From: Oopsacas minuta
Lineage: Eukaryota > Animalia > Porifera
Assembly (NCBI GenBank): GCA_024704765.1
Contig: JAKMXF010000188.1
Coordinates: 669,715 to 733,714, forward strand
Direction of reading: 5' to 3'
DNA: 64,000 nt
Under the pieces are notes generated by a model. That model was not told the origin of the DNA. It made no database searches and saw only the letters and a list, made by a program, of their open reading frames with translations. This document shows, piece after piece, positions 1-11,356 of the stretch. The position numbers and the translations under genes are program-made. How positions within the stretch are numbered: the first letter of the stretch is position 1; each line of letters opens with the position of its first letter.

Positions 1-744
1 TTGTTTGATAAATTTCCCATTCAGATCAAATACCATCAAACAGCCAGCTTCTGTCTGACTAACAAATACTTTCTGATTAGTAATAGCTATACCAAGCGGA
101 GAGTTCATCTTACATTCTTCAGCTTCATCTCCGAATTTGAACAGATACTTACCATATTCATTAAATGTCTGTACTCGGTTGTTAGATTTATCAGCTACAT
201 AGATGTTATTAGTTCTGTAGTCAACTGCTACACCCCATGGACTACGAAATTGTCCTTCCTCACCACCTGATACACCTCCTACACTCACCACAGGTTCAGC
301 CTTACCCACATAATCTACAACTGGTTGACAACAGATATTTGAGTTTACCACACTAATCTTACCGATACATTTAATGCTATCCAACAATGTATTATCAAAC
401 TCAATTGAGATATTTAGTTTCGAAATATATTCTAACTCTATTTCTCTTAGTTCTTCCTCTAACAGTTTGATAGTTCTAGTTTGAGTTTTCTCTAATCTCA
501 AGGTGGTAAAATGTTCCCGATTAAATTTCAATGCTTTTTCAATTTCAGAGATAGATCGTCTTTGTTTCTCATTTTCTAGTTTGTATTTGTTGTGAATATC
601 TTCCAATTCTTTCAAGAGTTCTCTCTCCCTCTCTTTCACAAAATTTGACATCTCTAGAAAGTAAGTTTCAATCTGAGTTTTGATTTGAGCTGTTTGAAGT
701 TCAAAACTTAATTCTTCTCCTGAAGGGATATAGTTTGTTGCCAT
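1..744 (-). CDS. Coiled-coil + NHL-repeat protein (TRIM-like, no RING seen); the gene's 5' end lies inside the window and it runs off the window start
   Basis: Minus-strand ATG at 744-742 with an in-frame TAG just upstream. The reading frame is open and stop-free to position 1 (248 codons; translated manually). The N-terminus is coiled-coil-like (MATNYIPSGEELSFELQTAQIKTQIETYFLEM...). Downstream come canonical NHL repeats: FRSPWGVAVDYRTNNIYVADKSNNRVQTFNEYGKYLFKFG and SPLGIAITNQKVFVSQTEAGCLMVFDLNGKFIKQ. This ORF is not in the supplied track because it runs off the window edge. It is a paralog of the 45412-47469 gene. Confidence 0.7.
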   Translation of the reverse strand, partial: MATNYIPSGEELSFELQTAQIKTQIETYFLEMSNFVKERERELLKELEDIHNKYKLENEKQRRSISEIEKALKFNREHFTTLRLEKTQTRTIKLLEEELREIELEYISKLNISIEFDNTLLDSIKCIGKISVVNSNICCQPVVDYVGKAEPVVSVGGVSGGEEGQFRSPWGVAVDYRTNNIYVADKSNNRVQTFNEYGKYLFKFGDEAEECKMNSPLGIAITNQKVFVSQTEAGCLMVFDLNGKFIKQ

Positions 745-1740
745 GCTACTAGTGAAAACAATATCCCATTAACTAAACTCCAAAATTTGAAATGTTGAGA
801 GCAAGCCTCTACGACTGAAGATTACGTATGTGAAAATATGGATATGATTATATGGATGAGCTGAAGGATAAGATTATTTGAAAACAAGAGCGCGAGCGGA
901 AGCGCAAAACTAGAGCTCTTGGTCAACACTGTAAGAGGCCAATTCCAATTCATAGAAATTTTCAGAAACTCTAATTCAAAATATGTTACTCCAGCGTGTT
1001 AATTGAGGTCTCAGTAAAGAGATAACCACTACTATTCATCCATTAGTTAGTAATAATATTAGGTACGGGGAATTGGACCCGAAACTTTCACGCGATATTG
1101 TGAGAGGTGAAGGAATTTTTATCGAGTTAGTTACTAGCATGGCGTTACGTGTTGTATGAGTGCATTTACATACTTTATTATACTAGAGGGTGAGAATTTT
1201 TCTTCGAATTAGTGTCAATATTGATCTGCTCTTTTGCGGGGAGCTTTTTGCTACCCCTGATTGTTGGATGGTGTATTTGAAGCGATCTTCTGGCAATGGA
1301 AATAATTTTGATCGAATTAGTTAAGGTTCATGTTTACGAATTTGGGTCTAAATATTTAATTTTGGGTCTAATTCCTACATTACGTACTTTGGGGTCAAAT
1401 TCCGATATTTTCTGAGTCTAACTCCAGCGTCTCAATATATTGTGTAGTTGAATTTCATTTGATAAAATGGAGAAATCCCAATAATGACAATATATTAATA
1501 CAGCAGAGCAGGTAAACTTGATACGGGCGGTGGAGTTGGAAAAGCAAGTTCCAACTAACAGTGCCGTAATCTATATTATTAAATCTCAATTGTTGTTAGT
1601 CTGTCTGTTTGTTTGTATGTTTGTCTGTTGTCAAGGAAAGGATTTACGGTATGTAATTTTGAAATTGTCGCATAACTATGTATTTATCGTGTTTATCAAG
1701 GAAGTAAATAGAATTCAATAAAACTTCACTAAATATATCG

Positions 1741-1870
1741 AACATGCTGAATCCGAATTTCGCATTTTCAAGGTTCCCATATGTAAATTTATTGGGGGTT
1801 TTTATGAATATTAAGTAAACATATTTGCAAAATCTCAAAATTTACGTAGATACTTGCTCTTAACGGCTAC
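1741..1870. repeat. SINE-like dispersed repeat (family GAATCCGAATTTCGCATTTTCAAG...ATATGTAAAT...TTTATGAATA...)
   Basis: Three copies align by eye: 1741-1870, 29722-29850, 29886-29990. Confidence 0.45.
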
Positions 1871-4454
1871 CCAGGGGGTTGAACTTACAAAATAATTCAA
1901 TAATATATTTGCAATATATGTATATTTGTGAATTACATTGTTCTAAATATATCTATATTATAATACTCAAAGGGGTCGTCAATTAGGAGGATAATGGATA
2001 CCTCGAGGCACAATGCGCCGAGTTCATCGCGAAGCGACGAGCCAAAGGCTCGTATTTCTATAATTCTACATTTTTAGGAACAATGAACAATCATTCAGAA
2101 AAACAAAATCAACAAAAAGTATTGAGTATCAAGTTAAGTTTCTGTGATTATCAATACAATTCTCCCATTGACTAATACAACATTGTTGCCTGGACAAGCG
2201 AAAAAAATTTACAAATATAATTCATTATCATATAAATCCACTACAGCCAAGCAGGAACTTACATAATAATGAATTGTATTTCTAAATAGTGTCCACTTGT
2301 CCGGGTTAATAATGTTACGTTAGTCAAAAGGAGAATTGTAATAATAAATTCAAAAAAATTTCTACCAAATTTGTTGAAACACTGGTTAATTTTGTCTCAA
2401 TTAGATATCACAGTAACTGACGTCTCATGCAATATATATATATACAGTTAAACCTGCCTAACGGCCACCTATGTATAACGGTCACCTGCACATAACTGCC
2501 GCCTAAAACAGTCCCCTCCGATTTCCATTATAATGACCTCAGTGTAGCGGCATAAACATAGCCTCTCGGCCACCTGGTCATTGAAATTTTGGAATATGAA
2601 GCTAAAATGTAACATAATTACATAACATAAATACCTAGCAAAATTTGCTAATATTTCACTTTAAACCTCTCAAAACCCTAGGAGGAGTAATGAATAAATC
2701 GGTGAAAACGAATCTATTCTGTTAACCGAAATTTGTATATTCAGTTAGAAAGAGCACATTATGTGATTAGGGCATTAGCCCTTCTTCTAAAAATAAAGTC
2801 ATTCATTTTACTAATAACTGCACTCTCTGACATCTGATTCGTTATGTTCAAATTATCCAAGCTTACGAAATATAAAGATCGCAAATATTCATTCAATCTA
2901 TTCACCCAATTCCAATAATATTTATTCAGTGCTTCTAAATCAGTGAGACTCAGCACCGGTTCACTCACTAACTCTCAGCTCACTGCGGCTGTGGTCCGGT
3001 TGGGAACTGCTTGGTGCCTCAGAACGTGATTCAGAGGGACAATGTGTCATTGGCATATAACAAATTGAATTGATTTCATGGACTTAATTTATGACCTTCT
3101 GGTAGTTCTGGAAATGAAAATATTAAAAGTAAAGAAAAGACTGCTCCATAATTAACACCAATATTATATATATTATATGGCTAAGTCATAGGAATCCGTG
3201 GTTTTAATAAAGTAACCCTTTCCAAATGTTCATGAAATTTTCGATGAGATTAGTGTGGCGGAGTTCGAAAAAGGTTAACAAACACTGATTTAATCTATAC
3301 AAGGTTTACTATACTTCCTAACATTTATCCAATATACAAGATGCAAAATACAAAGAATTAGATCTTCATAAGATAGCATTCAAATTTCCGAGACTTGGTC
3401 GCACGCTTTTCGTATAAATGCAATTTTCCTATTAATACAAGTAGGATTGAATTTCTATTCTTTCACTTCAACTAAATCACGGTTATTAGTACAAGACGCA
3501 AACTGTGAAAACATTCGATTCGCTAATATAATGCATATCGACATTGCATTATGGAAGTACCTTTGAGCCGAGTTATTTCTAATATCAAGGCAATTTATAA
3601 ATTATGGCACCCTCTGGAGTCCTTAGGGTGCTGTCTTGTGAGCAGTCCCTGTATATATCACATGATTAATAATATTTTCACAAATTTGGGTAAAATTAAG
3701 TTCCAACGTTGATTAAGTCAGCCTAAAACAGCACCCCGGCACCCTGTACTCCAAACCCATAAAGAGTATGGTGAACATTGTCCAGGATTTTAATACACAA
3801 GTACAGGATTCTCGAGATTCTGAATAGAAGGATATACAATTATTTGATTAGAGATCAACGCCCACCCAAAGTACGATTGCTACACATCATAATTCATTTT
3901 AGCACCTGCATGCAGATAATACAACATTTGCTTTTTACCTTTCACTTTTTTAAAATATCCAGGAATTTCGTAAGCTGTCTATTAATACAAGCGGCAACCA
4001 TAATAAATGATGTTTCAAGCTATTTCTAATACAAAATTTAACATCCATTTATAGTGATATACATATAGTTGTCAAATAATATTGTGTCCAGGAAAATCAA
4101 GGACTTTTCGATAAAAAGTGATTCATTGACCAGGATAATTTGGACCAAAACAACGATTTTAACTTGCAACACATAAGAAGAAAAACAATATAAGGTAACT
4201 TCAATAAGTTATATTTATCTATAACAAACATAAACACCAATATAATATCACTAATATAATAAAGTCAGAAGCATCAACACAAACTACACATAGAAGTATA
4301 TAACTCATACAGTTTGGCCTAAACAGTCTCTTTAGTATAGAGCTACTATATATTTTTAGTGATTATTCACATTAGTAAAAATGCATACAAGTCAGGCCTA
4401 GAACAGCTACAGTACTAATTATATTGAGTATGTTTGAATTCAGACACATAGTGG

Positions 4455-7400
4455 TTATTGGGGGGGAGGCTGGTACCCGTAAGGAGGGTAATAGGCTCCG
4501 TACATTGGGTAGTAGGGCATTGGCTGAGCTCCGGGTTGTTGTGGTGGGTGTTGTCCGGGCATTACTCCTGGCTGTGGGGGACCCTGTTGAGGCTGAGCAT
4601 AGGGGTAATTAGGGGGAGGAGCTCCGTACACGGGATAGCCAGGGTAGTAGGGGGTAGGATTTGAAGGATGCGGTGTCACTATTGAGCTTGGAGCAGGCTG
4701 TTGAGGGGGAGGAGCTACAGCACGGGGAGGCATAGGCATCTGTTGAGGGGGAGGAGCAGTCGTTGCACCGGCTGGGACGTATGCAGCTGGACGACCTGGA
4801 CCAGAAGGTTTCTTAGAGCTCGACAAAACTTTATCTAAATCTTTACAGAGATCATCTTTCTCTGTCCGTCTGGCAAATGTCAGGTCCCCTACCCTCTGTT
4901 GACACTTGAGTAGCAGATTAGTCAGATCTCCGTAGAACTTAGCTCCCTCCTCTAGGTTTCCGATAAGCTCATTGAACGCTTCGTATCCACTCTGTAGATC
5001 TTTCAGAACCTTCTCTCTGGCAGCTGCACCATCTCCTTGCTGACACTCATTGACAAACTGAGCGTTGACCTGTTTGATCTGCTCAGTGAGAGCTGATCCT
5101 TTCGTCACAGACTCTTGTACTTGCTGTTGTAGCGAGGAATATGTCTCTTGTAGGTGAGTCATAGAGATAGTCTCTTCGTCTACTGAACCCTCAGTCTTGA
5201 GACACTCTAGGAATTTGTTCGCTGGACTAGGTAAGTTGTCTCTGAGAGAAGATTCGATTACCTCTCTCTCTGCCTTCAAGGTTTCAGACTATATAAGAGA
5301 TATTATGAAATATATACTAAGCATAAATACTAAAAAATAATATATTACCTGTTCATATAGCTGCTTTAAGTTTTGTACAACTTGAGCTGAAGAGCCAGAT
5401 CTGCTCGCCGCTCCGCTAGTAGGAATAGAAGCTACTACAGAAGCTTGATCTTGGCTGAGAATTCCAATAGCTTCTCGATTGGCTTGAAACTTGCTATTCA
5501 CAACCTATTACATTGTGACGTCATAAAATATTGGATAAAACATTCATGTGACGTTATGGAGGGATTTGAAATTTTTGGAACTTAAGAAATACATCCAACA
5601 GTACTCGCCGACTACTCGACATTGGAGAAATTTATAGTTGGTGCTTTCTAACGTCGCTTATCTAAACATTAACTAGCATCAAGGTGGATAACATCACAAA
5701 TATACTACTTGTAGATGCAACTCTAATAAGCTTAACCGATTACGACAGAAGTATTACGTTCGTAATGAAAAGGAACACTAAATTTTTACCACCATCTTCA
5801 TCCAATTCCAATACCAAAAACGATATTACAGCACTTTTTTTGGCGTCATAAAATCACACATTTTCCCGGCAGTATTCGGTTAATCCTAATTCAGTAAATC
5901 ACATTGAGTTAAACTTTAAGTAAAGTTAGCTAGGCACATGATATAACCATGGATGGTCCAGATCACGCGAGAATATATAGTATAATAGACAATTAATACA
6001 ATTATCTTGCCTTATCAGCTCCAGTCGCACTTGATAGAATGCCTTGATACTTAGAAATATCAGCTCTGACGTTAACTGTTAACTGAGCTGAGGGCATACG
6101 CGTCCATCTGTCTCCATACTTAGCTCTAACAATAAACAAATTAAAAGATTATGTACAGTAGTATATATCAACTCATATAATGACGTCACTGACCTACATT
6201 CCCCATCCTCTCTGTCTTCCTCGTTCAGAACTCTAACCGTCTCATCCAGGATCTCTTTGTTCCTAATCAGTAGCTCAGGTAGATTCAGTATCATTTCTTC
6301 TAACCTCACCAATCCTCCTTTGCCCCTGACCTCAGCTGATTTGTCTAGCACGGAGGGTGGGGCTCCAGTACCTGAGGTGTCCTCTAAAGCAGCTGGTAGA
6401 TTATATGACGTCAGCAGTGTAGTGAGTTCCTGTGTATTTGCACGCAGTCTTCCTATCTCAGAGTTTACAAGTCCCATCTTCCTCTGCTCATATATCAGTA
6501 GAGCTTCATTCACTTTCAATGGCATCAGCTGAGAGAATAGGTCTACGAAGTTGGATTGAGGGGCGTTGAATGGGAGAGGCTACAATAATGTTATATATCA
6601 AAATATGATATAGTCAAACTTGTCTATATCGAACAAGAAAAGGACTGACCAAAAGTGGCAATTATAGACAAATGTAGTAGTAATTTGAATATAATGGCAG
6701 TTACTATATTCCCTGCAGGATATTTAAGATAATATAGTGTGAGTAGTTAATGATGGGAACCTAACGGACTTGTCAAAGGTGGACTTAATAGAAAGTGACC
6801 GTTATAGACAGGTTTAACGCCATTTATGGACCAAAAAAATTGTGCCCACTGGCCGCGATAAAGAGGTAAATATAATGGGAGAACGGAGGGATTGCTTTTA
6901 AGTGGCCGATAAGTGCAGGTGACCGTTAAGCACGTTTGACTGTAGTAATATTAAATACTAATAAAATTATAGCCTATAAAGATACCTTAGCTAGTGCTGC
7001 CTTTCCTACTGGTTCTATTGTAGCATACTCAGGAACAGGATCACTATATATCATCTTATTATCCTTCAATTCCTTCTCTAGCTTAGTCTTAACTTTAGCC
7101 AGAACACCCTTGATATCATAGAAGCCCTCGCTTCGCTTGACAGCATCTTCTAGACAAGACACTGATTTCTTGAGTCTGGAAATGCTCTCTCCATAATTCT
7201 GATTCTCCAGTGCTACTTTAGCCTGGCTCTCTTCTGCTAGAGCAAGGAATAAACTCTGTTTTGCAGACACAATAGGAATCCATTCTTTCTCCCATTGAGC
7301 TTTGACTGAGCCCTGTTGGAAAGAGGAGAGAGTATCTGCGTAGAGATCACTGGCCTGGTGAGCTAGCTTAGCAATTATCTTCTCCTGCATCTTATCTTTA

Positions 7401-8997
7401 GTAGCCTGTAGGTATATTCAATATAATTTAGTTGTGTAAATTCACTTCCTTGGTCTCATGGTCTGGTGAATGTAAAACTAGTTCCCAAGTAACAATGGCC
7501 ATAATATCGAGATACAGCTGTGTTGGCCTACTAATGCGCCTATTAGCAAGTTCTTTCAAGGACTTATAGACCATTTTGAATAGGAAATAATTCCTCTCTG
7601 ATAGCAAGTTCGCGTATTAGCAGAGAAATTCGTGTAAATACGAATTGTTAGTAGACGAACTCCACTGTATCATTACCCGACAGATAATATACAGAGGAGG
7701 TGGAAGGTGCAAACCTATCATAAAGTATTTACCTTTAGAAAGAAAGCTTCCTGTGCTTGAGCTAACATAAGGTTACACATAGCAGTGGTAGATTCAGCAC
7801 CTAAGTCTGGAGTAGGAGCAATACTCAGGTGTTGATACACGTCATCTCTCAGACGAGTGAAAGTACCAGCTGCTCCCTGGAAGTGTTTACAGGCAGCTTT
7901 CAATCCCTCGTCAGAATCAAAGTTCTGAGCTTTAGCAATCTGGCACTGAAGAGCTCCAATATTGAATAGGAGGCAGCATCTCTCGAATGCTATGTCAACT
8001 GCTGCATGCTTCTTAGCTCCGGATAGAAACCCACCGATGTTGAAGGAATCTTGCCAAGTAAACTTTATTCGAATCTAAAAAATAGAATATAGAGAGTAAT
8101 GCATTAACATATTATAGATAAGTGTTGTTGCTCGTTTTTGAGTTAACTCAGTTAAGCTTGCCAATTAAGAATTGTTACGTAGAATTGGCTCGGCGGTATC
8201 AATCTAGCTGGGAAAATTTGGACCTATCTTCTACGTTTGGGAGTTTTTAAGAAAGACATTTGATGGATTAGCTCTATTTCTAATGAATATCTACGCCAGA
8301 GACTAGGTAGGACACGTTCTTAACCTGACCAAATCTATCCTTACATAACCAAGTTTACTACCGGATAGTTCGTTCTTCCATTCAACCGGATGTTATCAGT
8401 ATTTGACTATCCGCAGAGATGCCAACTCTCACGCCTTACCAGTGAGTCTCTCGCTTTTCAGAGGTCAAAAATGAATTTTCGCGGCATTTTATGATTCTTC
8501 ACTCCACATTTTGAAGCTAAAATGCCAAATCACACGGCTTGACGAGACGCCTGGTTGGCATCTATGTATTCGGTATTGCAGCTATTATCGGTTCGAGCGG
8601 TATAAAACATCATCCTAGCTGACCCCACATGTTGAAACTAATAATGAACAAAAAACTGTTGCATATGTCTAAAAGGACCCTCAGATATAGGTATACCTAT
8701 CCTGGTAAGTCATTAAGTATGGTCGTATATTACCTGACTCTCAGAAATTGGAAGTTTCGTATCTACCACTGTCAGTTGGTCAAAATAGCGAAGTAACACG
8801 TCTAAGCTAGCTTCGTGTTTGTCGGGTACTAGTACACAAGAAGCCTCTCGCAGCTGGTTGAACTCTTTGATCGCGTCTTTGAACTTTCCTGGCGCTTCAT
8901 CGTAGCTGTTGCGAATGAATTTGTTGAAATCTGAAGTGAAGTCAACAGAAGTAGACTTTTTCAGGATTGGAGAAAGGAACTGAAAACCTGTCGCCAT
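4455..8997 (-). CDS. PDCD6IP: ALIX / programmed cell death 6-interacting protein homolog (Bro1 domain + V domain + Pro-rich tail); 7 exons
   Basis: Exons on the minus strand: 8734-8997 (ATG at 8997; MATGFQFLSPILKKSTSVDF... matches the ALIX Bro1 N-terminus), 7733-8074, 6986-7405, 6194-6579, 6011-6125, 5349-5504, 4455-5288 (includes the stop). Exon phases all join cleanly, giving 2517 nt or 838 aa. The ordered match to ALIX is strong, for example IRIKFTWQDSF, ACKHFQGAAGTF, LMLAQAQEAFFLK|ATKDKM, AKYGDRWTRMPSAQL against ALIX AKFKERWQRTPSNEL, and a PPxY/Pro-Gln-Tyr-rich C-terminus. Introns are GT-AG except one GC-AG (AAG|GCAAGA at 6010-6009). Confidence 0.88.
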
Positions 8998-10077
8998 TCT
9001 GTAATTCGGGAAAATAAATATCTAACTGGTATCATAACATAAATATATCAAATTGTACAAATCGAAGTCTCACAAGATCTTTATTATTACATTAATTAAA
9101 GGTAAACCCCCGATATGCGGCACTTTGGGAGCAGGGCTTGTGTCAGGTTGTCGTATTTCGGAGGCGCCGCTTTTATAGGTTTACTTGTGTTGATTAATCA
9201 ACGCATTCCTTTAGAATACCGATTCCTTCTTTGGATAAATTTATTTTATTTCCAAAAAAGTTTCAGAGTTATCTTTCTTCATTTTAGATCAATATAAAGG
9301 CCGTATTTTGAAATCGGGATATGTCTGATGAGAAAATGGATCCTTAGCGCTCTTTACCCAATTTTCCAATCGTAGATCGTCATTTCACAAAGAAAATGAC
9401 AATAGGTAGTTACGAAAATTACATGACTCTTAGATTACCTATTTTTACTTATTTCTGAGAAGTGAGAATGTAATCTGAGAATAGACTAGGAAATAAAAGA
9501 ATATTCGAATAGATAATTATTACAATATATATATAAGAAATTGTGGAGTTGATGAGCTGACTATAATGATTTAGAATATTATAATAAGGGTCATATTGTG
9601 TCAATACAGTAGCTAAATTAAGTAGCTACACTGATACATTACGTTGAAAGGAAATGGCTTCATTTTCGTTACACAATTGGAAGTAGAGCCATGTGACAGA
9701 ATTGGAGTAAAGCATCTATCTATAATAGGATGTATATTTAAGGAATATGGCTGTGCTATGGGTATGATGGAAAATGAAAGTATTCTAGAACACGTAATTA
9801 AAATGGATTGAAAAAATTCTTAATAATTAATACGTAGATATAAGTTCAACATAAAAAAGAGGTGTCAGCTTGGGGCCTTTGGCAGACTCAAACAAGTAAG
9901 CAAACGAAGAGCGTTTCAGCAACTCTCTAACAACTTAATGAAAATATATATGTGAAAACCTCAAAAACATGTATAAAAATCACTCAAAATATTACACAAA
10001 AGTATCTAAATATTAATAACAAACTGTAAGTGGGCTCGTGCCCTTTGAATCTGTATACAGCTGATGATCCTCTAATA

Positions 10078-10170
10078 CATTGGTTCTCAACCCTTTTTTC
10101 CCGCGGACCCCCTGCCAATAAACATAACGAAAACATTTTAGGCACGCGGACCCCAGGTTGAGAACCACTG
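10078..10170. mobile_element. 93-bp MITE of hAT type: 15-bp TIRs CA(T/G)TGGTTCTCAACC, perfect 8-bp TSD CTCTAATA
   Basis: Left TIR cattggttctcaacc at 10078-10092. Right TIR ggttgagaaccactg at 10156-10170 (reverse complement cagtggttctcaacc). Flanking direct repeats ctctaata at 10070-10077 and 10171-10178. Related GGTTC(T/C)CAACC-headed copies lie at about 17608-17690 and 36793-36870. Confidence 0.75.
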
Positions 10171-11356
10171 CTCTAATAGCTTTGTAAATAACTTTATACG
10201 GATAAACAGGGATGTAGAATTCGATTTTGACATTTCAAAATGTCTAACAAGATTAGTAATAATACATTTTTCTTTCTTTGCTAAAATCGATATACGGATA
10301 AACAGGGACGTAATGTTTACCAAGATTAGTAGTAATACATTTTTCTTTCTTTGTTAAAATGGATATTTAGTAGAATAATTAATATTCGTAGTTTCAATAA
10401 TCCACTATAATTAATTTGGTAAATTTAAGACAGACGATAATTTGAGATTTTTACTACTTTGAATTGTCCAATTTATCTTCTATTTTTATGTTTTTAGCAA
10501 ATATGTTTGTCATGTATATTTTGAATTTTTTAATAATCTTCCCTTTCATTTAATCCTACCACTTAGTAAAACTGGAAGTTTCTAATAGTAATATTTCATT
10601 TTGATTTACCTAGTTTACTTATGTCGATTATTATTATTTCAGAAACAATCATTTGGTAAGAGTGTTCAATTTTCTACGGCTACTGTGCGAACACTTCGTA
10701 TACGCGACCCGAGCAGCGCAAGAAAGCGAAGCTTGCTTGTTTCAATAATTTCTGATTGGTCCTTAGCTGTCTCTGGCATAGCTCAGTGTATTATTTAATA
10801 GCAATTGTAACTAGTCAATCGGGTCGAGTAGAGTTTCATGTTTGACCGGTGGAAAACATTCAATATTGTGTAAGTATAGAAGCTGTTGTAAATACTCCCT
10901 GCCTCTATCATATGTATTTCCTAAGATATTTGGTGACTAAGGTAAAGTTTTGCACCTATGTATCGAGCTGACCGCCACAGTCCTATATAAATCCTTGAAA
11001 TTGTTTCATATTTTGGCGGGCTAATTCTTGGTTTCATTCATTATAAAGATTTTCAAGACTGTTAATGCATAATACAAGTGTAATTTGATGTTTGTAGCAC
11101 AATTTCCCATTCTTTTTTATTTGTAGGACTAATTGCAATCATATTTAAGACTGCCAGAAATGCTCTAATAAATTTAAGATATATATATATATGTGAAAAT
11201 ATTCAAAATACATTTGGGTACCAATCATAAATCATATTTTTGGAATATATATATTTTCACACCTCTTCATGTCAAGCAGTTCCGTTTCATAGAATAGGGA
11301 AGTATGATTTAAATCCATTACCATATTTATAATTCGTCTTAGCTTTCACACAACAA

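Noticed and set aside
4424-4664. Plus-strand ORFs 4424-4612 and 4458-4664
   Set aside because: They are antisense to the GC- and proline-rich last exon of ALIX. They are open only because the Pro/Gln/Tyr-rich coding sequence lacks stops on the opposite strand.
6257-6532. Plus-strand ORF of 91 aa
   Set aside because: Antisense to ALIX exon 4. No independent support.
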